Shown piece by piece: positions 12,741 through 24,719 of a stretch of DNA of 64,000 bases (its first letter is position 1; every line of letters starts with the position of its first letter). Location of the stretch: positions 672,733 through 736,732 of the forward strand of contig NW_015170887.1 of NCBI RefSeq assembly GCF_001447785.1. Direction: 5' to 3'. The position numbers and the translations under genes are program-made. The notes beneath the pieces are model-generated. The model had not been told where the DNA came from and did not search any database. It saw only the letters and a program-made list of their open reading frames with translations. The stretch is from Gekko japonicus. Its lineage: Eukaryota.

Positions 12741-14499
12741 GGTTTGCATTGCATTAGAGACAAAAATGTAGCAGTAATTATTTAAGAATGTTAAAAAGGA
12801 CTGGCTCAAGGAACTAATGGGAAGATCCACTAAATTTAGTTTGAAGAGCAGGAAAAAATGCACTGATTAAAATTCCAAAATAACTGCTTGAAATGTTTGT
12901 TAAAAGAGGAGGTCTTTATTTCCAAACAGAACTGGATATCCTTTATTGCTTTAATAGGGTGTCTTAAGGTTGTGTGAGACCAGAAAGGCTTTCATTTGAG
13001 ACTTTGTGGGACTTTCCACCCTTCTACAGTTGCCAGAATGGGGAGTGTTGAGTGGGGGGAATTTGTGCTAAAAGGTCAAGGAGATTTGCACTTGCATTGA
13101 GTTGGAAGTGGGTGGGCTTTGCTTTTATGATCAAGATACAAATGACATATTTTGACTGCCTGAAGTAAAGGTTGCTGGTATTGTGATGTAAGCTATTAGC
13201 TGAGGTCCAGATAGGACATGAGGTAGGCTTGCAATTAGCCACTTGCCTGCTTGCTGGCAGTGATTAAATTGCTTCCGGGTGAATAGGCCGGGAGGCTTAA
13301 AGCTGGGTCCTTTGTTTGTTTCCTTGACTAAGCCACATCTGGCTTATGTGTGGATGGTTGATCTAGTAACTCTTTGTCTGCAAGGCTGTCTTGAGATATT
13401 ACCAAGAGCTTTTTTGAGTCTCTAGAGTACAGCATGTAAATTATGAACACGCCCAGGTTTACTGAGTTCTGGCTTTTTGGGAGACATGAGCTTTTTGGGG
13501 CCTAGTAGATAGGAAAGAGTTTATTTTTATTTCTATACTGCTCAAACTAACAGTTTGTGTAAGGGACCATATGTGGAAAGCATTTGTGAATATGTTAAGC
13601 AATTGGGAACAGTGTTATTAGGCAAATTCTGTTTTTTCCACCGTTCTGCCTTAACACATGTTTTCTTTGCCTCCCCAGTGATTTCTGGTGCCATTCATTT
13701 GACAGCATAGTGACTGGCTTGTAACCCACTGCTTCATTTAAACAGAGCCGCCAGCCAGATTGCTGAGTTTCAGAGCCATGGGTGTGCAAGGAGGGCTTTT
13801 CGATGTCAAGGAGAAGGCTCTGTGAGGAGTGTTCCTTGGAAGGCGCAGTTGAAAGGCTGCATAAATTGTAATATTCCAGGACTTCCTTTCTAGCAATTCT
13901 GTCTGTGAAGTGGGGAGACTTCTCTGAAAGTATTAGGCAGCCCTGGGACTTCCACACCTATCATTAGAAGTGGTGTGTCTGTGTGGGTGGGTGGTTTGGT
14001 GACTCTGTTATCATTAGTAGTATAATTTTATTTTGCAAAGTGAAGAATCCTCTTTTTTGCTGTCCTCCCTGGGGATGGTTGGTGTATTAATTTGCTGTAT
14101 TGCCTCCTGGCTGTTCCCAGGCTGTTTTGATTCTTCATCATGGAATTTTAATGGCCTGCTGCCTCTTGGGGGGCATGCAAGGAAGAGCATCTCAGGGATT
14201 GCTTCCCTTCTTTTCACATGCCTGTAATTGCTGCTCTTTAGGAACACAAAGCATCTAATAATCATGCCTTGTCTGTTATGGCTTCTGTTTGACAATGAAA
14301 CCTTTTTTTGAGGGGGGGAAAGACAAAAACAAGAAGCCAGTACTGAATTCTTCCTTGTACCACTTTCCTCCCTTAAATTTGGGACCTGTTTGGGGGGTTG
14401 CCATCTGGTTCCTTTACATGATCTGCCTTGTAGATTTGGTAGTGTAAAAAGTTCCTCATCCTGGCCACCTTAGGAGTGATTTAGACAGTCTGTGCTCCC

Positions 14500-15035
14500 A
14501 CCTCTGGGCAATGCTTAATAGTTGCAGTATGGCCATTTGGCTTGGTAGTATGCTGTTTCTTAGAACAGAGCCAAGGGTTGCTGAGAGGAGATGCTGGGTA
14601 AGACCATGGCGCAGTTTAGGCTCAGCATGAGAGAAATACTCAAGTTATTTTAAGATGAGCCCAGATTTGCTTCCTGCTCACGCCATGGGTGAACGCCATG
14701 ACAGAGAGGCTTGACTGTGCTGAGGACACCTTGTGAACCTTGAGAACATATGTGGGTGATCCCCAGCCCAAGGTATGTCTGCTTAGCCTTGGCCAGAGCC
14801 TTTTCGGCTCTGGCTCCGGCCTGGTAGAACGGTCTCCCAATTGAGATCGGGGCCTCAGAGATTATGTATTAAGTGTTGGGAATTTTGGCCACTTGCTAAA
14901 AATCAGTATATATGAGCACACATACAAGAGTCAGGCTTTCTGAGAGCACTTTAAATTGTTATATTTATGTGCTGTGAGCCACCCAGAGCCTGCTTGCAGG
15001 GTAGGGTGGGATACAGATCAAATAAAGATAAAAAT
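14500..15035 (+). mobile_element. L2 LINE 3' end remnant
   Basis: TGTGAGCCACCCAGAG...GGGTGGGATACAGATCAAATAAA terminal stem-loop and tail; 5' boundary uncertain. Confidence 0.5.
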
Positions 15036-17699
15036 ATATGTTGAATCCCTGCCTTTACTTTGCTGGATTTTGACATCTGGCTGTGTTGGCTGGTTCAGTA
15101 TTTGATGCTGCTGCTAGCGTCACAGTGGGGTGGAGGGAAGAAAATTAGTCACGTGGGTGGCCAAATGTTGGCAATAGATGCTATCTTTGATTCTAGCAGC
15201 CTGAGTGATAGCCACTCAGAAAATGGGAGCAGAGTCATTGTGAGAGTTGCCTGTGCAGATGTGCATGGCAGTGGTTCTGTGGTGCTGTTGAGTTATAAGA
15301 AATATGCCACTGATAGCAGAACATGGCATTGGATGTGAGCTGTTCATTACATTATAATGGGTTAATTCTTACATGCGCAGACACTGTGTTCAGTGTGGTG
15401 ATTGGATGTACACCTTGCAGAGATTTCTACTTGTGATGTGTAGATCAGGTTTGGGTGCCCAGCTGGCTGGTGTTGTTTCAAAGGAGAGGAGGATCTCTGT
15501 TCTCGCTATTAATTTTGACCTTTGAAGCTATCAGAAATAGCCTCAAGGCTTAGAAAAAGTACCTTTTGTGTGATCTGTATTTGCTATGGCTGTTATACTT
15601 ACAACAACAACAGCTGAGCTGAGTACTGCATAACTGCTCTTGATAGGACTTGTGAGTTGTACTGAGTATTTTCTTTTACATGAGGCAAATTCTGTATTTT
15701 GTTTGGAAGGGAGTAGAGTATTAAACACTTGTAGTAACTTACATTAGCATAGTCCACATACTTCACTTTGAAAACTGGGGGGGGGGCGGGGAGGGTAAGG
15801 TAAGACAATTGTACTGTTTTGGTAGAATATGGGCTTGGTGCAGGGGGCTAATATTCAGGTATTTAGAAAACGTTGCTCATGATATTCCTAGGTTTGATAC
15901 TAGAATGTCTGTTTCTCAGCTGAGGCCCCTTTTGCTCCTGAAATTAAAGCTTCATATGATGGTGACTCTAAAACTGAATTATAATTAAACATTGCCAGCT
16001 TTTTTAGAATTCTGTTTAATTTGCAGCGTTCACTGTAATGTCTAATTCCAACTTTTCATTGTATGCATTTGGGGGAGTAATCTTATACAGCCAGCTAACT
16101 GTTCTGCAAACCTAAATGGGATGAAGCTGGTAGTCCATAAGAAGAGCAATTTTTCTTTCCCAGAAAATGGAAAGACAGTTTTTATATACTGAACAACTTC
16201 TCCACCTCTGCTTCTAGATCTTTGAGGTTAAGGTTAATAGAACATATGGATGGCCAAATGCTAAGGCACGGGGGATGGTTTTGTGCCTCCCTCAAAACCC
16301 TGGCTGGGGTAGCTGGTTCACAATACAGGAACAGGACACATATTTTGAGAGTGTGTCTAGACACCTTTGTGACATCCCTGGTATTTTGAGCAATGATGGG
16401 AAAGGGTATCTTTCAGGCTGGAGGCAGTGCATAAGTCTCTTTTGTACTCTGTTGATGTGAGCAACACCACTTGGAGAGTGGCCCTGTAGTTAGCCATGTA
16501 AGAGATTTGTATGCAACCTGATGGTACTCCGAAAATGACAAAGGGCACTCTGTATTGATCTCTGAAACATGGTCCCTCCCATGTGGAATGAGAGCATCTG
16601 CTAAGTGAGAAGCAGCATGCTAGTTTTTCTGCAGCAAGATTTGGGGAGGGATGTGAGCCTCCCAAAATGAGAACGATAGCAGGATGCTGCCGCTGACTGC
16701 TAGCTGGTCAATTGCTCCTTTAATGCATAGTGTAAGATTCCAAGAAAAAGAACTGGCACTGGCTTGCAGAAGCTGTAACCTGGTGTACAGTTCTGGCATT
16801 TTTGTGCTGCTAAGAACTCTGATTAGATTCTGTTGTAACTTGGTAGAGAGTAAGTAGGGACAGGGAAGCCTTAGCATTCTTACCTCTTCTTTTCACACAT
16901 TCTTGGAAGAACTAAGAGGCCTGGGCAGCTGGAACTGAAGTTCCGTGGAGTTCAATGGTTACTATTTGTGGAAGCTGGAGTCCTGTTTTAAAAACTCAGC
17001 TCTATACTTACCCATTTTGTAGGGGAGAGGTTGGTGCAGAGTTGTTATATAAGGAACTAAAGCACATGTTTTGGTGGCTACACATGTAGGCTTGCTTTCT
17101 GCATTTATTTATCAGGATGAGAGGCAGAGGAGCAGTTAGGCAAGTGTTGCAGGCGGAGCTTGAAATGGACACCTTTACCGCCAGGTTGGATGAAACCAGT
17201 GAGAGTTCAATAAGATCCTGATTTAATAAATCAGGAGGGAAGATAATCAATAAAGGATAAACGTGAATGAAAGGTATGTTATAGGGATTTATGACCCACT
17301 GTGCCTGTATGAGCGTAAGCTAATGCCTTACTAGACCTCACTTCTTTAGCGCAGGCATCCTTCTTTATCTTGTTGAGAACTGGTATGGGGGTATCCCAGG
17401 TTCTCCTTTATTTTGTTGCAGTATAATATTGTCTGTTAAGTGGGGAAGCTAGATATTTATATTTTACAGAAGTATTGTGGGCAGGAGATGCCCCATCCAT
17501 GCCAGAAATAAATCATATTTATAATGGAAATGGGAAAAATAGGTGTCTGGCATACCAACTCTGGTCTCATTGCCTTTGCTTTATGTGGCATTTTAGCAGT
17601 ATTGGATTTGGGGGCAAGGGGAATAGTTCACATTTCAGTCAGTTCAGGTTATGGTGATGGTTAATAAAGCTTTGTACATATGGCAATAATGTGTGTGTG

Positions 17700-18209
17700 T
17701 TCTTGCATTGCCACTGCGAATATGGAAGCATTTGCAGTGGCAACAGAGTGTCCCACAGTAGTTTTCCACCGTCCAGGTCCCCTGTAGCTGTGCCAGTGGA
17801 GGGCTTTCTCAGGCTTTAAAAACTCCAGTAATTGACATAGTGCTATAGGTTAAAATTAGTAATTGTCATGTTGCTGTAGCTTAACACTACAGTGATGTAA
17901 CTTACTAGGTTTTTTTAGCCTGAAAAACTCCACAGTGGGGCAGTGGAGGAGGGAAGGAGAAAGGAAAATGACACTAATGTGGGTGGGACCTGCAACAATC
18001 CACACCTTCCTATCCTATCCGTACCATACAGAGGCAGTTTGACTGCGATCTTTCCCAAAATATTGTAGTGCACCTTGTTTGGGAAAGGTCACAGCAAAAT
18101 GGTGAGAAAAACAAAAGAAGATGAATAGGGGATGATATCTTTGTTTCAAACTCCCTGTGCTAGTTCAGCAACAAAACCAGAGCATAACCTCAGTGTGAAG
18201 GCAGCCTAA
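17700..18209. mobile_element. multi-hairpin element, possibly a PIF/Harbinger-type MITE remnant
   Basis: Inverted repeats at 17708-17743, 17788-17943 and 18038-18098; ends GTGTGAAGGCAGCC|TAA. Confidence 0.45.
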
Positions 18210-18307
18210 GTCGTGCACAGAACACAAGGGTGACACCAGGGGGAACTTGAGTTAGGAGCCATTCATCTTCATTTTGAGCTTATTGTAGGTCTGCATTGTG
18301 TAAAGAG

Positions 18308-18482
18308 AGAGCCAGTGTGGTCTAGATCCCCACTCTGCCATGGACGTTTGCTGGGTAACTTTGGGCTAGTCACATACTTTCAGTTTAACCCACTTCGCAG
18401 GGTTGCTGCAAGGAATAAAACAAAGGAGGGGAGAAAGATGTAAGCTGTTTTGGGTCCCCATCATATAAATGAAGTAAATAGA
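18308..18482 (+). mobile_element. tRNA/CORE SINE (Squam3-like), internally deleted
   Basis: GAGAGCCAGTGTGG head, CTGGGTAACTTTGGGCTAGTCAC core, TGTAAGCTG...AAAT tail. Confidence 0.7.
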
Positions 18483-19899
18483 ATTAGCATTTCAGAAATA
18501 CTGTGATGCCACCAGAAATAGTTCTTGCATTAGGTGAGGTTTTGCCATGTTGAAAAAGAAGCATGTGTTCTTGCCAGAATTCAACAAGGTACAAAAATGT
18601 GTAGAACAGGGTAGATTGACTAGAACAGGGTAGATTGACTAACAGCAGTGTTCCTATTTTGCAAACCAAATACTTTTCTGAATGCATGTTAAATAGTTGC
18701 TATAACAATTAGAATGTTCTCTTGAAACTAAATGGTGCCATCTCTCCTTATATATAATTGAATAGTGGGTGCCAAAGTTCTAATTCTAAAATGCACTCCC
18801 TTAGTGTATGGCTGATGGCACTGCTCCTCAGCATATATCACCACCAATCAGAAGGCAAAGCCTGGGTCCCGCCCACACCACAACTGCTGCGACAACCTGG
18901 TCTTTTGCATATGGAAGCTGATTGGTCTTTTGCATATGGAAGCTGATTGGACTTCCACACCTCAAACTCCCCCCCCCCGCAAGGCAGTTGGAATGTCAGT
19001 TGCATATGGAATCTGCTGTATTCTTGTGGTGTGCAGGTCCCAGATTCATGTTTTAAAAGCAGACTGACACTGTTTGCCCAAAGCCAGAGCACTCTCCCAG
19101 AGCCTCTTTCTAGATCCCGTTGTATTTATTTCCACAACGGGCCTTATTTCTAGTTATGCTATAATCCAAAACCTTTGGTGATGGAGCCCATATATATTTG
19201 CACTACAGAATTTATATCTGCTTAGAGATGAAAGAGGCGGTTGTGAAACTTAATTGATTTCCATTTGGCTGTGTTTGTGCACTTGCAAGGACATTTAGCT
19301 AGATACTTGAAGACAAGGGCACAATCCAGCACAGAGTTAAATGAACTGAAATTGATGGGCTTAAATATTCTTTTTTTAAAAAAAACATTTTATTTATAAC
19401 TTTTAACTTTAAAACATATAAACAGTGATGCACTTTACATGAATGAAACAGATACAATATGCTTAATGAAGAATAAACCTTGAATCAAACCAAGATAGGC
19501 CATTTAAAACATTAACTCTAACAATTATTAATAACATTGATATATACTGACCCTAATGTTTTTGCACTTATGTAGTTATAAATTGATTTGATAGGCAGGT
19601 TCAAAAGATCATTATTAAATATTCTTAGCTTGGTACCATCCTGTGTTTTCTTTTGGTGATGGCACGCAATTTTTTCTGACTGTTTCTGCACAGATGTCTG
19701 AACATTAAAAATGCTCTACAAGCTGCTTCAGCTGACTCTTCATATTCTGTTTTATTCTCATGTAAGTTGTGTGGGTGACTGCTGTGTAATATTTGAATTG
19801 CAAAGTGTTGATGCTCTTTTGTGGCTTTTTCATTAGAAAAAGTAGTGTGTTAAATGAATTTGGTAAAAGATCATTAAAGGTTGCTTGTTTTCTTTTTAA

Positions 19900-20097
<198 letters not shown>

Positions 20098-20162
20098 TGA
20101 GAGGAACTAGAAGAATATTGGGAAATGTTTGTCAAAACTACCATAGGGATTATCATAGGGAG

Positions 20163-20858
20163 TGTTGCAAGCCAGGCTGGGAACGGTTTAGGGCGCACTG
20201 TCAGAGTGTAGAGTGGGTAAGACAAGAGCACCAACTCAAGAGGTGTAGTCAAGGTCTGGTCCCAGGTTAAGCACAGAGTCAGGAGTCTAGTTTGAGAGTG
20301 AGTCCATCCAGCAAGGTCTGAGAATCCAAGAGTTATGAGCAGATTCAGGAGCAAGATGAAGGCAGAGTCAGGAAATGGTCCAAAAAGTCACAGGATAGAG
20401 ACAGGATCCAATGCAGTGGTTGCAGAGTCAGAGGGATTTCAACTTGTTGCTTCCATGCCTAACAGTCTCCCTTGGCTGGTTTTTATAACCATATGCTTAA
20501 GCATCATGTTTGCAGCCAACTGCTTGGGAGTAATCCTACAACTACTCAAGCAGCTGGCGTCCGGCCAGGAGGTGTGCACTTTGTCATATCTCCTGTAGTT
20601 CATAGCCTCCTTCTGTGGCACTCTAAGGGTGTGGGTGATACTGAAGGGCTGGAAACAATCAGCTGAGTTTCACCTGTTGGATCAGGGCTGGAGGTGTCAG
20701 TGGTTCTGTGCTTGCTGTTGGCTGTGAATCCTGAGAAGCCTGCAGCTGATCTTTTTGCTTGCCAGCTTCTTCTGACTCAGAGCTGGCTACATGGGGCTCC
20801 TCTTCTCCTGAAGAGTCCTCCTAAGGAGTCCTCACTGAGCCCTGGCTGACCCACGACA
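20163..20858 (-). mobile_element. probable solo LTR (Gypsy-like)
   Basis: TGT...ACA termini; flanking 5-mers GGGAG / GAGAG (4/5 TSD match); minus-strand TATAAAAA near 20480-20487. Confidence 0.55.
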
Positions 20859-21212
20859 GAGAGATTTCATTTGTGCCAAGAAACCTGGAAATAAAATGCT
20901 TTGAGAGAGGATTTGGGATTAGATGTAGATCACCCAGTGTCTTGCAGTGTTTCCTAGCAGTGCTTCCAGCAAAATTCAGATGATGCAGATAAATCTTCAC
21001 CCCAGCTTCTTCCAAATTCTTGATTGGCTTAATAGGCAGTCATAATATGTGATAGCTGCTGACCCTTCCCTTCCCCTGGGTGGAGAGCTAGGGGTCCATG
21101 ATGTCTTGTATTGGGTTTAACAGAAACAACACAAGCTGCTTTTGACTGGTCCAAACATCTGCGTGCTATTTCCTCCCTTCTCCAGTGTCAAAGGGTATTT
21201 CTTGTGTCACAT

Positions 21213-21670
21213 CTAGGGCCAAATGACATGTTACATCTCCCATATGATCTCCATGGGGACTTGCAACAGGATGCCAGCTGCAAGTTTCCTGTGGGAACTC
21301 AATTCAGAAGTAACACGGGCCCATTTCAAATTGGGTCCATGGCACAGGGGGAGAAGAGGCCTCCTGCCTTCTCCCTGCACTGTTTTCCCTACCAGAAACA
21401 GCCCTGAGGTGGTTATTTGGCCTTGCGTAGTGGAGCTGCACATGCAACATTCAGTGCACATTCAGTGGGGCAGATAACCTCCACTGGGCTGTTTTTGGTC
21501 AGGAAAACTGCATTGGGGCATGAACCCCTGTTGCCCACACAACAATCCTGATCTAAATTGTGCCTCTGTGGCACTTTTGAATTGAGTTCCCATGGGGAGT
21601 TTGCAGCCAGCATTCTTCTGCAGGTCCCCATGGGGAGATCACATGGTAGATGTAATGTGTTACTACCTTA
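21213..21670. mobile_element. ~450-bp palindromic MITE-like element
   Basis: Arms complementary over about 200 bp; the ORF track gives MGTCNRMPAASFLWELNS on + and MGTCRRMLAANSPWELNS on -. Confidence 0.85.
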
Positions 21671-21794
21671 GCCAGCACTCTTTGCCAAAGGGCATTTGAA
21701 AGCCTGCTTCAGTAACTTCAGTGCTATAGGGAACGTATCATAACATTACTTATACCTATGTACTCCTGTTTAAAATACAATATGTTCTTGAGAT

Positions 21795-22406
21795 TAGGGG
21801 CAATGATTCAGCAATACTGAGCTGAAAAAAATATTTTTTTCAACCAGATATAAATCTCAGTATTGTCTAAAGCTGTCTAAAATGGCTGAGCCCAAAAAAT
21901 CCTGAAAATATTTGGGATTTTTTGTGGCTACCAGATAGCTGGTGTTTAGAGGGATTGCCTTCCCTTTAAACGCCTTCTAGGTGACCTCGCTGCTTTGGAG
22001 TTCACTCATGGCACAGCTTGCAAAAGGTATTTAAATGGAACGCATTCCCTTTAAAAGCCTTCCCTCCCCCATTGGAAGTAATGGAGGATGGGGGCACCTT
22101 CTTTTTGGGGCTTATAGAATTGGACCCCCTGGTCCAGTCTTTTTGAAACGGGGGGGTGGGGGGAGGCACCAGCAACTATGCTGCAAATTTGGTGCCTTTA
22201 CCTCAAAAAACAGCTGCCCCCCCCAAGCCCCAGATACCCCCTAGTTAGATTCTCCATTAGAGCCTATGGGGACAATTGACTATAATGATTCCCATACGGT
22301 ATAATGGGACCGAGAAAAAATCGGCAATCCCAAATATTTACCAAATCCGAATATACTATGTATACTCAAATCTGGAAAATACCAGATTTTTTTTGTACAC
22401 CCCCTA
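21795..22406. mobile_element. hAT-like non-autonomous element
   Basis: TAGGGG ... CCCCTA termini; degenerate 8-bp TSD CTTGAGAT / CTTGATGT. Confidence 0.65.
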
Positions 22407-23689
22407 CTTGATGTGTCTTTTGGAAATGTTGCAAATGAATTCGTTCTGTGAAGGTTTAACCACTGATCTTTTCATGGGGTTAAAGCAAACTGGGAAATGC
22501 TTTGGAGTAATTGGCATTTGAAGAACTGCTAAATAAACCTCTTTCTACATGTTTGTAATCTGGAGCTTGGCAGCATTTTTTAGAAGTTCTGTAAGATGCA
22601 GGTAATGACCAAACATGCTCATGATGAGCCTTTATAAGGTCCAAAGTAGAAGTGGTGTGGCAGCATACTTTCTTTCTTTATGCTGAATTGATGTGTAAAG
22701 CAGGGATGGCTAAGGTGAGTGGATATAATGTACATCACAAGAGGCATATGATATGGGTAACGGGAGACCTCCTTCCTCCTTGCCTTCCCTCCTTGCAGTC
22801 TGTTGTTTCATTTTCTCCCCAGTCTGACTTGGATATTGGAACTGAGTACAGGGCAGCAAGGCTGGAGAGGGCTCAGCTCCCCTCATCTCTGCATTCCTTT
22901 TGACCTGGAAATGAAACTCTGTATCCTACCCTTGTTGCTTATAAATTTAAATGGCAAATAGGGGCCCCCCAGTCCTATCTAGGATAACTCTCAAGGAGTA
23001 CATCTTTGAGCACAGGAATCTGCAAGCATCTTACTACCATCATTGTCTTTCCTGTAAAGAGTCTCAATTATCAGCTAATGGGAGCAGAGTTCAAGTTGTG
23101 GGGAAAGATTCTGTAATCCAGAACACAAAAGTGTAACCCTGTATCCTGCTTAAACCCTGTTTTAAGATTCTGAAATTGTGTTTTTCTAAAAAACAACAAC
23201 AAAGTATGTAGACTTTGTAAGGGAGCAAAATATCATTCCTGATGTTTTTTGTGATGTATGGGACACTCACAACCCTAGTCACTGGATCCCCCCCCCGGTT
23301 CTTTCAGTCCTTACAAACTTGGGTGTTTCCTCTCTTGGGGTAGTTTGTGGGCTTCTGTTTTCCTTCACTGTGGGTTAGCTCCATCTGAGGAATTTAATGA
23401 CAGAGAGGAGTGGATCATAATTCAGGCCCAGACTCGAGAATAGGGAGTCTGTAACCTCAGAGCCATATCCCTTCCATGCAAGACTGTTCTTCCCAAATAC
23501 ACCCATGGCTGAGCCCAACTGCTCTCATCTTGCTAGTTGACCAAGGTCCTGCTTCACTGAACTCTTTTTATGCAACCCGAGTGCCCCACGGAGGTGAAGG
23601 ACACAGCCTGAGCTGGCTCCATCAGTCAGCAGAACAAATGGGCTTGCTCTGCCTAACATCGGGCCATCTCGGATTCCACCTCTTTTATA

Positions 23690-23970
23690 GAGATGAGTGA
23701 TGAAGAGAGGCTCGTTCCGCTTTGCCGCTGTATTAATACACATCAGGGGCCAGCTCCCAGCACTAAATCACGCTACTGCATACATCTGTTATCGGACTCC
23801 TCACCAACGTGATGAACAAGACTGCAGATAGAGGCTTCCTCATGTCATTCTTTATAGGATTTTCCTAAAAGAATAAATAGCTCAAATCTCTGCCAACACT
23901 CTCCCCTGTCATTGTGATGAATTTAGCTTCTTTCTTAAACACGCAGCAACAAATCTTCCTCTGTCATAGA
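23690..23970. promoter_or_regulatory. candidate conserved non-coding element
   Basis: High-complexity unique tract with retained CpGs and TATTAATA, TAAATCA, TGTCA motifs; inference only. Confidence 0.35.
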
Positions 23971-24514
23971 CCCCTCCCCCTTCCCACCTGCAGAAAGTTT
24001 TGTTGAATTTGACTGAATTCAGATGATGATCGTCAGGCTACTCAGGATGCAGGGCTGGTATTTAGTGGCTGGAAGTGAAGGAGCAACCCTGGGTCCCTTC
24101 TGTTTGCCCAAGAACTCACATACACATCGTGCCTTTGTGATCTGGATAAATTTGAAACTCCCATCTTTCCTTGTTTTTCTACTTGTGTTCTCTGTGGGGC
24201 AGATTCACACGCAGTGATGTCACTGGCATTATTTCTTAGGGAGTGTGCTGAGTTATGGCTTGCGCGGAAGTGTTCTGTGAGAACTGAAGTCTGTCTGGCA
24301 ACTTGAGACTCCTGAGATAGGGGTGGCTGCACATACACTACCCACAAGGAGGCGCTAGTTCACACAAACGGTTCTCTGGGAGTCCATCTGTAGCCCCCTG
24401 AGTTCTTGAAGCTGCCTTGTGTATGAGTGGGGTCTCACTTCTTCCTACTTGCTGCTGGGCAGCTGGCAAATGTAATAGTTTGGTTCTGGGCTGCATAAAG
24501 AGTTTACTGAGAAC

Positions 24515-24719
24515 CAGGTTTCAGAGGGTAGATGTGTTGGTCTGCAGTGGAACAACTAGGTTTGAGTCCAGTAGCAACTTAGAGACCCAACAAGATTTGG
24601 GTGGGAGGGTATAAGCATTTGAGAGTCAGTGAAGGGAGCCTTGGCTCTCGAAAGCTTATATCCCGAAAATCTTGTTGGTCTGTAAGGTGCTGCTGGACTT
24701 GAATCTAGCTGTTTTACTG
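24515..24719. mobile_element. Penelope-like terminal-repeat fragments in inverted orientation, with partial hammerhead core
   Basis: Arms 24545-24628 / 24642-24719; centre GAAGGGAGCCTTGGCTCTCGAAAGCTTA. Confidence 0.75.

Noticed and set aside
23914-24016. C/D box snoRNA (GTGATGA ... CTGA)
   Set aside because: No terminal stem and no recognisable rRNA/snRNA antisense element
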